From Flavobacteriales bacterium UBA4466 (GTDB taxonomy: Bacteria; Bacteroidota; Bacteroidia; Flavobacteriales_D; Crocinitomicaceae), in contig CAJJBE010000005.1 of the NCBI GenBank assembly GCA_905182335.1, forward strand, positions 133,005-197,004: a stretch of DNA of 64,000 nt, read 5' to 3'. The notes under the pieces were generated by a model. The model was not told the origin of the DNA and did not search any database. It saw only the letters and a program-made list of their open reading frames with translations. Position numbers and translations under genes: made by a program. Positions 50,847-60,383 of this stretch are shown in pieces (the stretch's first letter is position 1; each line of letters begins with the position of its first letter).

Positions 50847-51635
50847 ATGAAACCAGGAAGTAAAGCATGGAAACAGTTTATGGCTAAACTGTACGGTATT
50901 GGTGCGGCAATTGTAATTGTTGGAGCATTATTTAAAATTCAACACTGGCCTTTTGCAGGTCCAATGCTTGTGGTTGGATTAGGAACAGAGGCATTCATTT
51001 TCTTTTTCTCTGCCTTTGAACCAATTCATGAAGATCCAAATTGGGAACTTGTTTATCCAGAGTTAGCATTAGGTAATCCTGATGAGTTAGATCATGAAGC
51101 TTTGTCTTCCAAAAAAGGAGGGTCAATTTCTGATCAATTAGATACTTTACTAGAAGATGCGAAAATTGATAGTGCTTTAATAGGAAGGTTAGGCGATGGA
51201 ATGAGATCTCTTGGTGAAAATGCTGCTCAAATGAGTAATGCTACTTCTGCCATTAATGCAACTGATAACTATGTGAATAGCTTACAGTCTGCTTCTGATA
51301 AAGTTTCTTCTTTGTCTGAAAATTATGAAAGAGCTTCTGTATCTATTGCAGATATGACATCTGCTCACGCTGAAGGCGGAGAGCACATGCAAAAAGTTTC
51401 AAAGAATTTGTCTGCATTAAATAATGTATATGAATTGCAATTGAAAGGTTCTTCTGCTCATTTAGAAGCTACTGAGAAATTTCATGGTCAAGTTACTAAT
51501 ATGATGCAGAATCTCACTGATTCAGTTGAAGATACTCGTATGTACAAAGAAAATATGTCTATGCTGTCTAAGAATTTAACTGACTTAAACGCAGTGTACG
51601 GAAATATGCTGAAAGCCATGACAATTAATAAATAA
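50847..51635 (+). CDS. gldL: Gliding motility/T9SS protein GldL (PorL)
   Basis: Two N-terminal TM helices with KLYGIGAAIVIVGALFKIQHWP and GTEAFIFFFSAFEP, then a coiled-coil cytoplasmic domain. Confidence 0.92.
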   Translation: MKPGSKAWKQFMAKLYGIGAAIVIVGALFKIQHWPFAGPMLVVGLGTEAFIFFFSAFEPIHEDPNWELVYPELALGNPDELDHEALSSKKGGSISDQLDTLLEDAKIDSALIGRLGDGMRSLGENAAQMSNATSAINATDNYVNSLQSASDKVSSLSENYERASVSIADMTSAHAEGGEHMQKVSKNLSALNNVYELQLKGSSAHLEATEKFHGQVTNMMQNLTDSVEDTRMYKENMSMLSKNLTDLNAVYGNMLKAMTINK

Positions 51636-51697
51636 TCTCTCAGGAGATATTTGTAATTGGACTTGAATTATTGTTAATCAATTAAATTTATTTAATC

Positions 51698-53455
51698 ATG
51701 GCAGGAGGAAAAGAGACACCAAGGCAGAAGATGATTGGTATGATGTACCTGGTACTTACCGCGCTTTTGGCTCTAAACGTATCTAAATCTATTCTTGATG
51801 CTTTCGTAGCAATTGAGGAAAACACGCAGAAGGCGAATATTGTTCAGTATGATCGTGGAACTGGTTTTTATAGTGACGTAACGTCAGAATTATCAGCATC
51901 TAAAGGAGAAGAGAACAAAGCAAAACGTGAAAAGTTAGAGTATGTTATCAATCAGATGGACCTTATTGATAAAGAATCATCTAAAATGATCGAATCTATC
52001 GATAACTTAAAGAAGAAAATTCTTGAGAAAAGTGGAGAAGACGTTTCAGGTTTTAAGAACAAAGATGGAAGTACTATTTTATGGTCGGAATATGATAAAA
52101 GTAAAGCTTCGTTGCCTACTCGAATGAACTTAATGGCTGTACAGGCAAAAGATCAATATGATGTGCCAATGAATGTTATTATTGGTGAGGACATAAAAAA
52201 ACCAACAGGGGACGGAATTAAGCTTTGGGAAGATTTCAATAAGTATAGAAATAAAGTTGTTGAGTTAACTGGTACTTATGAATGGGGAGGAAAGCAGTTT
52301 ACTGTTAAACCTGTTAATATTCCTCAGTTTACTAGTAATGCAGATTTATCTAAGAAAGTAACCAAGATGATTAATCAATCTAAAGGTAATTTGAAAGAAG
52401 ATAAACAAGCATTGGTTGATCTTTATATGGGGATGACTAAACTTGAAAAAGCAACAGTTCACGAAGTAGAAAATGTTCATTGGATTGGTGCTACATTTGA
52501 TCATGCCCCATTGGTTGCTGCAATCGCTTCTCTAACTTCTATGCAACAAGATGTATTGGCTGCAAGGGCTTTATCTATGGCACATTGGAAATCAAAAGTT
52601 TCTACGGGTGAATATAGCTTTAACAAAATTATGCCGTTAGCTTATGGTCCTGAAGTTGCGAATAGTAACGAAGAGATTGAGCTTCAGGTAATGATGGCCG
52701 CTTTTGATTCAGACAACCAACCTCTTGTTACTGTTGATGGTTATGACAATCAAGATATGGTTTCTTATTCAGATAACGGTCAAGGTGATGTTAAGCTTAA
52801 TGTTACTGGCTCTGGAGAAATGAAAATTACGGGTACTGTTTCAATTAAGAACAAGTCAGGTGTTACAAAAACAGAGCCATGGGAAAAAACAGTTGTGATT
52901 ATGAAACCTCAAGGTTCTATTGAAATGCCTGAGTTTAATGTGCTTTACAGAGGTTATAATAACAAAGTAGCAGCTACTGCTTCAGGGTATGATAAAACAA
53001 TATTATCAGCATCAGGAGCAAGTATTAGTGGTTCAGGACCTTATATTGTAACAACAAGTACCAGATCTAACTCTGCTTACTTAACTGTTTCAGGTAAGAA
53101 TACAGCAACTGGAAAAACAGCAAGTTTGAAGAAGGTGAAATACAGAGTTCAAAACCTGCCGGATCCAACACTATTTTGGGGTGCTGCTAAAAGTGGAAGG
53201 AAGGCATCTAAGAGATCTCGGGTCCTAATAGCGAAATATGACGGAATTCCTTTAGACGCTAAATTTAGAGTTGTAAGTTGGACATGTTATGCGCCAGGAT
53301 TAAAAGGTTCACCACCAACAGGTTCAGGGAGCTCACTTAGTTCTGCAAACGCCCTTCTTAATATTCTTAAGCCTGGAGACGGAGTCAGCTTTAATGCAAC
53401 GGTTGTTGGCCCAGATGGTATTCGAAGACAGATAGGTGGTGCTTATACTCTATAA
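51698..53455 (+). CDS. gldM: Gliding motility/T9SS protein GldM (PorM)
   Basis: N-terminal RQKMIGMMYLVLTALLALNVS single TM helix and a long periplasmic region. It sits between gldL and gldN. Confidence 0.92.
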   Translation: MAGGKETPRQKMIGMMYLVLTALLALNVSKSILDAFVAIEENTQKANIVQYDRGTGFYSDVTSELSASKGEENKAKREKLEYVINQMDLIDKESSKMIESIDNLKKKILEKSGEDVSGFKNKDGSTILWSEYDKSKASLPTRMNLMAVQAKDQYDVPMNVIIGEDIKKPTGDGIKLWEDFNKYRNKVVELTGTYEWGGKQFTVKPVNIPQFTSNADLSKKVTKMINQSKGNLKEDKQALVDLYMGMTKLEKATVHEVENVHWIGATFDHAPLVAAIASLTSMQQDVLAARALSMAHWKSKVSTGEYSFNKIMPLAYGPEVANSNEEIELQVMMAAFDSDNQPLVTVDGYDNQDMVSYSDNGQGDVKLNVTGSGEMKITGTVSIKNKSGVTKTEPWEKTVVIMKPQGSIEMPEFNVLYRGYNNKVAATASGYDKTILSASGASISGSGPYIVTTSTRSNSAYLTVSGKNTATGKTASLKKVKYRVQNLPDPTLFWGAAKSGRKASKRSRVLIAKYDGIPLDAKFRVVSWTCYAPGLKGSPPTGSGSSLSSANALLNILKPGDGVSFNATVVGPDGIRRQIGGAYTL

Positions 53456-53457
53456 GA

Positions 53458-53484
53458 TTATAATAATTATTTTATAATAATTAT
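53458..53484. repeat. Tandem 13-nt AT-only direct repeat in the gldM-gldN spacer
   Basis: TTATAATAATTAT at 53458-53470 and again at 53472-53484. Confidence 0.85.
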
Positions 53485-53499
53485 AAAATACCTAAAAAA

Positions 53500-54558
53500 A
53501 TGAATGATATGAAAAAAGTATTGATTGTATGTTTATTCCTAGTAGGATTAACAGTAAATGCTCAAATTAACGTAGATGCTGGACCTGTTAATGTACCTGT
53601 TGACGGTATTATTGATGGTGTATTCATCAAAGAGCACATAGCTACTAAGCGTATGGTTCCTTACACACATGTTCGTGAAGCTGATGTTATATGGAGTAGA
53701 AGAGTTTGGGAGTCAATAGATCTTCGTGAAAAAATTAACCATCCTTTGTACTACCCATTAGACGATATTAGTGGTGATGGTACATGGACAAAAAACGGAT
53801 CTAGATTGAGTCTTTGGACTGTTATAAGGCAAAGTATCATGGAGGATAAATTAACTGTTTTTTCTCCCTTTGATCCAGAATTACTAGGTTTAGTTGAATT
53901 AGCTAATGATGGCGATATGTTAAAGTATCCAATTAAGCCATCTGATCCAAGCTTGGGTTATTTTTCAGACACTATATATAAACGTCAGGTGTCTCAGTAT
54001 TTGGCAACTGTAGGGCAAGCTGGTACAGTTAAATTGATTGATGAGAATGAAAAACTACCGGATGGCTCGGATAATAATAACTTTGGGCAAGCACTAATAG
54101 TAACACTCCCAGATGGAAGCACGAGTTTTGTTTATGATGCCCCCGATACAAATTGGTATCAGTCAGAAGATATTGTTCAGTATCGCTTGAAGGAAGATTG
54201 GTTCTTCGATAAGCAAAGATCTGTTTTAGATGTTCGTATTATAGCTATAGCACCCGTCGTTTATACAAAAGACAAGAACGGAACTATTTCAGGTATGGAA
54301 GAATTATTCTGGCTGTACTTCCCACATTGTCGTTATGTATTTAATAATTATTTTACTCATAATGATAAAAATAATGCGCAGTGGATGAGTTTTGATGATC
54401 TTTTCTGGAAACGCCGATTTAATGCTGTTATTTACAAACAAAATAATACATACGATCGTAAAATTGAAAGTTATAGGGCTGGAGTTGATGCTCTATATGA
54501 ATCAGAAGCAATTAAAAACGAAATAAGAAACATTGAGCATGATGTTTGGTCATTCTAA
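53500..54558 (+). CDS. gldN: Gliding motility/T9SS protein GldN (PorN)
   Basis: Signal peptide. Conserved blocks READVIWSRRVWE and YRLKEDWFFDKQRS. Last gene of the gldKLMN array. Confidence 0.9.
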   Translation: MNDMKKVLIVCLFLVGLTVNAQINVDAGPVNVPVDGIIDGVFIKEHIATKRMVPYTHVREADVIWSRRVWESIDLREKINHPLYYPLDDISGDGTWTKNGSRLSLWTVIRQSIMEDKLTVFSPFDPELLGLVELANDGDMLKYPIKPSDPSLGYFSDTIYKRQVSQYLATVGQAGTVKLIDENEKLPDGSDNNNFGQALIVTLPDGSTSFVYDAPDTNWYQSEDIVQYRLKEDWFFDKQRSVLDVRIIAIAPVVYTKDKNGTISGMEELFWLYFPHCRYVFNNYFTHNDKNNAQWMSFDDLFWKRRFNAVIYKQNNTYDRKIESYRAGVDALYESEAIKNEIRNIEHDVWSF

Positions 54559-54587
54559 CTAAAGTTCAACATTAGCATAGTTATAAG

Positions 54588-54621
54588 AGCCTGTAAGAAA
54601 AATTCTTACAGGCTTTTTTTT
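54588..54621 (+). terminator. Rho-independent terminator after gldN
   Basis: AGCCTGTAAGA and TCTTACAGGCT form an 11-bp stem followed by T8. Confidence 0.8.
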
Positions 54622-54706
54622 GGCTTATTGTCAATTATCCGCCATTTTTTTTTTAATTCTCTTCGCGCTTCTCATTGATTTTGGTTTTGAATAAATATCT
54701 TTGCGC

Positions 54707-56647
54707 ATGATTAATTTGGAGCGTATTGGAGTGCACCTACCTCAAGGATATTTATTTAAGGATATTAGTGTACAAATAAACAAAGGAGATAAAATCGGGT
54801 TAGTAGGGAAGAATGGTGCAGGTAAATCAACCATGTTGAAGTTGATTTCTGGGGAGAACAAGCCTTCAGAAGGAACTATTCATAAACCTAAAGATGCTAC
54901 TATTGGCTATTTAACACAGGATATCAAAATTGATACTGCACAAAGTGTCTTCGAATATCTAAACACCTCAAATCCTAAGCTTACAAAATTGAACTTTCGA
55001 ATTGATGAGATTAATCATGAATTGGTCACTCGTACTGATTATGAATCGGATAGTTATCTAGGTTTACTCGACGAGCTAAATGATTTGAATCATGAATTCT
55101 CGATTAGAGATGGGTTCTTGTGGGAAGAGAAAATTACAAATACATTAAAAGGCCTAGGTTTTTCTGATAAAGAATTGCCTCGTAGTTTGAATACTTTTTC
55201 TGGGGGCTGGAAAATGCGTGCTGAACTAGCTAAAATATTGGTAAATAATCCTGATATTATATTGTTAGATGAGCCAACAAATCACTTAGACATTATTTCA
55301 ATTAGTTGGTTGGAAAACTATTTAAAGACGTTTGAGGGTGCTGTGGTTACAATCTCTCACGATAGAATGTTCTTGGATAATGTCACGAAACGTACCTTGG
55401 AGATTACCAAAGGTAAATTACTTGATTTCGCTTTCGCTTATTCTAAATATAAAATTGTTCGAGCTGAAGATTTAGAACGTTTATCAGGAGCAAAAAAACA
55501 ACAAGAGAAAGACATAAAGCATACCGAAGAGCTAATTAATAAATTCCGCGCTAAAAAGAATAAAGCAGCTTTTGCACAGTCACTAATTAAAAAATTAGAA
55601 AAGACAGAAGTTATTGATGTTGATAATGACGACTTAACCGGAATTAATATTAACTTTCCACTAAGTATACAGCCAGGGAAGTGGGTACTGGAAATGGAAG
55701 GGATGGGTAAGTCTTTTGGCGACAACATGCTGTTCCAAAATGTTAACCTTACAGTAGGTCGTGGTGAAAAAATTGCATTACTTGGTGCTAATGGTACGGG
55801 TAAGTCTACGCTATTAAAGCGTATGATGGGTCAATTAGAAGGTGAAGGGAAAGTTACAGAAGGACACAATGTAAATGTGACCTATTTTGCACAAGATCAG
55901 GCGGAATCACTGGATGTGACAAAGACAGTGCTTGAAACTGTTGATGAGACAGCTAAAGGAGAAATTAGAAAAAGTCTTCGTCAGGTACTTGGTGCGTTCT
56001 TGTTTAGAGGCGAAGACGTAGATAAAAAAGTTGGTGTTTTATCAGGAGGTGAAAGAACACGTTTAGCACTTTGTCAATTGTTATTGAGCCCCTCAAATTT
56101 CTTGATTCTCGATGAGCCAACAAATCACTTAGACATTCAATCAAAAGAAGTTCTTAAGAGTGCATTGAAGAATTACGAGGGTACATTTATTGTTGTTTCT
56201 CATGATAGAGAATTCTTAGAGGGCTTAACAAATCGTATTTGGGATATTGAAAATAAAATGCTTAAGGTTCATCACTTTGGCGTAAAAGATTTCTTGAAAC
56301 GAAAAATGGAGCTTATGAACCCTGACACAGCTATGAAGTCTAGCAATTCAGAGTCTAATAAGTCTGCTGGGAAAGATAAAAAAAACGAACAAATTCTTTC
56401 TTATGAAGAAAAAAAAGAGTTGAAACGTCGAAGGAATAGATTTCAAAATCAAATAAATAAATCTGAGAAAAAGATTGAGGAAATTGAATCTGAAATTTCT
56501 AAAATAGACGAAGTAATGGGAGGACTCGATTATTCTACACCTGAAGCAACAAAAGTTCTTTCTAATTACGAAAAATTAAAGATAGAATTAGATAATCAAA
56601 TGTCACTTTGGGAAGAAGGCACTGAGGTTCTATTGGAGTTAGACTAA
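54707..56647 (+). CDS. ABC-F family ATPase (two ABC domains, C-terminal coiled coil)
   Basis: Two Walker A sites (GKNGAGKST, GANGTGKST), two signatures (FSGGWKMR, LSGGERTR) and two Walker B sites (LLDEPTNHLD, ILDEPTNHLD). The first ATG is at 54707; the ORF-track start at 54701 is TTG. Confidence 0.9.
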   Translation: MINLERIGVHLPQGYLFKDISVQINKGDKIGLVGKNGAGKSTMLKLISGENKPSEGTIHKPKDATIGYLTQDIKIDTAQSVFEYLNTSNPKLTKLNFRIDEINHELVTRTDYESDSYLGLLDELNDLNHEFSIRDGFLWEEKITNTLKGLGFSDKELPRSLNTFSGGWKMRAELAKILVNNPDIILLDEPTNHLDIISISWLENYLKTFEGAVVTISHDRMFLDNVTKRTLEITKGKLLDFAFAYSKYKIVRAEDLERLSGAKKQQEKDIKHTEELINKFRAKKNKAAFAQSLIKKLEKTEVIDVDNDDLTGININFPLSIQPGKWVLEMEGMGKSFGDNMLFQNVNLTVGRGEKIALLGANGTGKSTLLKRMMGQLEGEGKVTEGHNVNVTYFAQDQAESLDVTKTVLETVDETAKGEIRKSLRQVLGAFLFRGEDVDKKVGVLSGGERTRLALCQLLLSPSNFLILDEPTNHLDIQSKEVLKSALKNYEGTFIVVSHDREFLEGLTNRIWDIENKMLKVHHFGVKDFLKRKMELMNPDTAMKSSNSESNKSAGKDKKNEQILSYEEKKELKRRRNRFQNQINKSEKKIEEIESEISKIDEVMGGLDYSTPEATKVLSNYEKLKIELDNQMSLWEEGTEVLLELD

Positions 56648-56810
56648 GTTTAATGATTCTTTTTCTCAGATTTATTTATTTGCTTTTGGCGTCGTTTATT
56701 CCTCTTTACAGAATTCTTTCTTTTAACAGATGTATTTCGAGTCCCACATTAGATTTGTTAGCTGATTTTTTTCTATTTTAGCTAGTTTTTTTTTAAGCAT
56801 CTTCTAGTGT

Positions 56811-56903
56811 TTATGCTCTCCTTGAGGGCTTGGTGCCAACGCAACTTGAAATATTCAAGGCTGCGAGTAATAAAATAATGGTGTAAATCGTTCTAATCTT
56901 CAT
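56811..56903 (-). CDS. Candidate 30-aa micro-lipoprotein (speculative)
   Basis: Unlisted ORF MKIRTIYTIILLLAALNISSCVGTKPSRRA*. It has a signal peptide plus an ISSC lipobox-like site and lies in an otherwise unexplained 283-nt gap. Confidence 0.25.
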   Translation of the reverse strand: MKIRTIYTIILLLAALNISSCVGTKPSRRA

Positions 56904-56910
56904 AACTTTG
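56903..56910 (+). promoter_or_regulatory. Candidate -7 promoter box (TAnnTTTG)
   Basis: TAACTTTG lies 20 nt upstream of the ATG at 56931. Confidence 0.3.
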
Positions 56911-56930
56911 TTCATCAAGTATTAAGCACA

Positions 56931-57356
56931 ATGAAGATACAACTAATTTTAACCTTAACCGTGGCATTCATGTTCTTTGGGTGTGATAAGAACTCTGCGC
57001 ATCCTGTTCCGAATATTCCATTTGATTTTTCAATTAACTTGACCCTACCTAGTTACTCTAATCTAAATGGTGTGAGTGGTTGGTGCTATGTAAATGGAGG
57101 CTCTAGAGGTATTATTGTCTATCGCCGAGGTATTGATGATTTTGTGGCGTTTGATAGACATTCTCCAGCTGATATAAATGGCGATTGTCCTGGAGCCTTA
57201 TTTCCAAACATTGATAATTATTTACAATTAAATGATACGTGCTATAATTCTACATTCTCTCTTTATGACGGATCTCCAATTTCAGGCTCGGATTATGGGT
57301 TAAGAGCATACCAAACAGCATGGAATGGAAATGAATCCTTACGTATTTACAATTGA
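56931..57356 (+). CDS. Lipoprotein with a Rieske-like fold lacking the cluster ligands
   Basis: Lipobox FFGC. GGSRGIIVYRRGIDDFVAFDRHSP and LNDTCYNSTFSLYDGSP align by eye to the Rieske boxes CPH and CxCHGSxF, but most Cys/His ligands are replaced. Confidence 0.5.
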   Translation: MKIQLILTLTVAFMFFGCDKNSAHPVPNIPFDFSINLTLPSYSNLNGVSGWCYVNGGSRGIIVYRRGIDDFVAFDRHSPADINGDCPGALFPNIDNYLQLNDTCYNSTFSLYDGSPISGSDYGLRAYQTAWNGNESLRIYN

Positions 57357-57387
57357 TTCACTATTTTTGAAGTAAGAATTAATTAGA

Positions 57388-57708
57388 ATGGCAGATATTA
57401 AAGTAACAATTATTGATCGTGAAGGACTTTCACACAAGCTAATAGCTCCGACAGACATGAGTATGAATATCATGGAACTGTGTAAAGCATACGAGTTACC
57501 TGTCTTAGGTGAGTGTGGGGGTATGGCAATGTGTGCAACATGTCAGTGTTATCTTGAATCAGATACTGAGCTGTACGAGCAAAGTAATGACGAATTGGAT
57601 ATGTTAGATCAAGCTTTCTTCGTAGAAGAAAATAGCCGTCTTGGATGTCAAATTCAAATTGAAGAATCTATAGAAGGTATTGTTCTTCGCTTAGCCCCTG
57701 AAGCTTAA
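57388..57708 (+). CDS. 2Fe-2S ferredoxin (adrenodoxin/putidaredoxin type)
   Basis: CGGMAMCATCQC cluster motif plus a distal SRLGCQI cysteine. Confidence 0.9.
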   Translation: MADIKVTIIDREGLSHKLIAPTDMSMNIMELCKAYELPVLGECGGMAMCATCQCYLESDTELYEQSNDELDMLDQAFFVEENSRLGCQIQIEESIEGIVLRLAPEA

Positions 57709-57709
57709 T

Positions 57710-58486
57710 TTATAGTTTTAAATTTTCTGGAATAATACAAACTGGAATAGGTTCAATCTTATGTTGATTGATACTATTTAGGCGCTTATATATTTTTAAT
57801 ATGATTACTTGGCGTTCAGTAATTCTGTTTTCGTCACCTCTGAAATCCATTGCCCATTCCAATTCAGGATATGATGCTCCTATTTGATCTTCATCAGACC
57901 TTCCATCAGCCCATAAACCATCTGTTGGCTTTGCTGTAATAATTTCTTTACTAACTCCAATTTCTGCTGCGATTGCCCAGACTTGTGTTTTTGTTAAATC
58001 TGCAATTGGACTTAAGTCAACGCCCCCATCTCCATATTTAGTAAAGAAACCAATACCGAAATCTTCAATTTTATTTCCTGTTCCTGCTACTAGAGATCTA
58101 TTGGCCTGAGCCAATGCATATAATGTAGTCATGCGGAGGCGTGCTCTAGAATTAGCCATCGCTAAATGATGTGTGTCAATATCGAAAGGCATTACATTTT
58201 CAATTTCAGTAAATGCATCTGTTAAATTAATATCATAGGATGTAACGTTATCAAACCGATATTTTAAATCGTCAATGTGATTCATAGCCCTTCCGTATTC
58301 TGTAGAAGTTTGGCGGATTGGCATACTTACCAGAAGAACTTTCTTTCCAGTCATTGCACAAAGGATTGAAGTTAATGCAGAATCAATACCTCCAGAAATC
58401 CCTATTACAAAACCAGAATGTCCGGTGTCCTCACAGTAATTACTTAGCCATGCATTAATATGTTGTACTATTTCTTTCGTTTTCAA
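57710..58486 (-). CDS. nadE: Ammonia-dependent NAD+ synthetase
   Basis: PP-loop GISGGIDSA, 258 aa. Confidence 0.92.
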   Translation of the reverse strand: MKTKEIVQHINAWLSNYCEDTGHSGFVIGISGGIDSALTSILCAMTGKKVLLVSMPIRQTSTEYGRAMNHIDDLKYRFDNVTSYDINLTDAFTEIENVMPFDIDTHHLAMANSRARLRMTTLYALAQANRSLVAGTGNKIEDFGIGFFTKYGDGGVDLSPIADLTKTQVWAIAAEIGVSKEIITAKPTDGLWADGRSDEDQIGASYPELEWAMDFRGDENRITERQVIILKIYKRLNSINQHKIEPIPVCIIPENLKL

Positions 58487-58491
58487 ATTAC

Positions 58492-59298
58492 TTAGAATAA
58501 GATTGAAACTTTTAATTGGAGTTGATTTTGAGTTGCTTTATTTGCAAATTCTCCATCAATATCGTTAAAGAATGTCCGTTTGTTGTATAATGGAGTAAAT
58601 CCATAGTAGTAACCAATCTCGCCAACTAAAGAAGTTCCTCCTGTAAAGTTCCATTCAAATCCACCAGATAAACCAACTGCTGATTTAATGATAAATTGAT
58701 TTCCCTTGGACTTCATATCGGTGTTAATCATCTCTCCTTCTTCAATGATTTCTATACCATCAAGACCTAAAACAGAACCGAAATCAGTGCTTTTGCTAGA
58801 AAGTGCAAAACTTGTTCTTAATCCAAATTTCCCAAAGTATCTAAAGTACCCAATGAAATTTGTTCTAAATACAAACATTGTTGGTACTGTTAAATAAACG
58901 ACATTCTGCTCACGTTGATCTAATCTAAAGTAATTATTTACTCCTACTGAATCAGGAGTACTTGAATAAACACCTTGATTTTTATCCAATCGTAAAATAT
59001 TTTTGTCCTCGTATAAATAATACACGGGGTTTATTCCCGCTTTATACTTCAACGATTCAAAGTCAAATTCTAGCCCTGTATTAAACGCTAATGCATCGTT
59101 TATATCTAGTATCACATTAGCTCCAATTGTAAAATCAGATCCAACTCCATCTGACTGGAGGCGGTCAGTTCCCATTTTTTGGAAGTTCAATCCAAATCCT
59201 GCCACTAACCCTGCTTGTAATTTTTTATCAGCAGCTTCTTGCGCTTGAATATTTAAAGCGAAAACTGAAATTACTAATGCGACTATTAATTTCTTCAT
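58492..59298 (-). CDS. Outer-membrane beta-barrel protein
   Basis: Signal peptide MKKLIVALVISVFALNIQAQ from the internal ATG at 59298. Alternating hydrophobic pattern and C-terminal aromatic residue (ILF). Confidence 0.65.
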   Translation of the reverse strand: MKKLIVALVISVFALNIQAQEAADKKLQAGLVAGFGLNFQKMGTDRLQSDGVGSDFTIGANVILDINDALAFNTGLEFDFESLKYKAGINPVYYLYEDKNILRLDKNQGVYSSTPDSVGVNNYFRLDQREQNVVYLTVPTMFVFRTNFIGYFRYFGKFGLRTSFALSSKSTDFGSVLGLDGIEIIEEGEMINTDMKSKGNQFIIKSAVGLSGGFEWNFTGGTSLVGEIGYYYGFTPLYNKRTFFNDIDGEFANKATQNQLQLKVSILF

Positions 59299-59369
59299 AT
59301 TCTGTTTTTCGTTTGTTCCAAAACCCTTTATTTTTTGAGTACTTTTGAGTACCAAATTAAAGAATATTA

Positions 59370-60377
59370 ATGACTCTAAGAAATAGTTTTATAGCGATAA
59401 TTGTTCTAATAATTATTATTAGTTGCAGTCATAACCGACTTGAGGTTGATGCCTCTAATATAAAAGTTAATATTGCCTATACTGACATGGATGATATGAT
59501 TTTCAATTCAGATTCTATCATTCTGATGGAAAAGCATTATAAGTTCAAAAGTGAAATAAAAGACATCTACGATTATCAGGTTGGGTATTGCCTAAGAATA
59601 GGAGATGTAGATGATACATCATTCTATAACAGTATCGATAAATACCGTTCCGACAGTGGTATTCAACAATTAGAATTAGATATTCGGTCTCATTTTTTAG
59701 ACCTATCAAACCGTGAAGAAATTATTGAAAATGGATTTCGTCATTTAAAGTATCACTTTCCAAATGGGAAACAACCAACAGATATAATCTTCCTTAATAG
59801 TCTATTTCGCTCAGGAGTTTGGTGTACAGAAAATGAGATTGGAGTTGGTCTAGAGTGGTTTCTTGGAGGTTCTAACCGTATAATTCAGGAATTAGATCCA
59901 CAAACATTTTTTACTTGGATGAAAGAAGGGATGAATGATCGATATTTTGAAAGAGACGTCATTGCTGGTTGGGTGGAAACACATTATTTGGATCCAGCTG
60001 AAGGTAGGTTAGCAGAGCACATGATTCGTTGGGGAAAGGTTCTTTATTTGACACAAGCTGCTTATCCTAGTTTTAGCCCTAGTGTAATATTACGCTATTC
60101 GGAAGAAGATTATCAATGGGCTCTAGAAAATGAGTTTAATTATTGGAAATATTTAGTAGATGAAAAATTATTGTTTAAGGTTGACGAACAAACTACGAAT
60201 AATATGGTCGGTGAAGGACCGTTTACACCAGGTTTGCCTGGTCAAGAAGGACCAGACAGATTGGGGCAGTTTTTAGGATATAGAATGGTATATAATTATA
60301 TGTGTAATAATGAAATAACAGTAGAGGAGATGTTAAAGTTATCTTACAATGACATCCTTCAAGCATTTAAAATATAA
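59370..60377 (+). CDS. gldB: Gliding motility lipoprotein GldB
   Basis: Lipobox IISC. The C-terminal region (WALENEFNYWKYLVDEKLLF...GRLGQFLGYRMV) resembles Flavobacterium GldB. It is followed by gldC. Confidence 0.85.
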   Translation: MTLRNSFIAIIVLIIIISCSHNRLEVDASNIKVNIAYTDMDDMIFNSDSIILMEKHYKFKSEIKDIYDYQVGYCLRIGDVDDTSFYNSIDKYRSDSGIQQLELDIRSHFLDLSNREEIIENGFRHLKYHFPNGKQPTDIIFLNSLFRSGVWCTENEIGVGLEWFLGGSNRIIQELDPQTFFTWMKEGMNDRYFERDVIAGWVETHYLDPAEGRLAEHMIRWGKVLYLTQAAYPSFSPSVILRYSEEDYQWALENEFNYWKYLVDEKLLFKVDEQTTNNMVGEGPFTPGLPGQEGPDRLGQFLGYRMVYNYMCNNEITVEEMLKLSYNDILQAFKI

Positions 60378-60383
60378 TCATAA

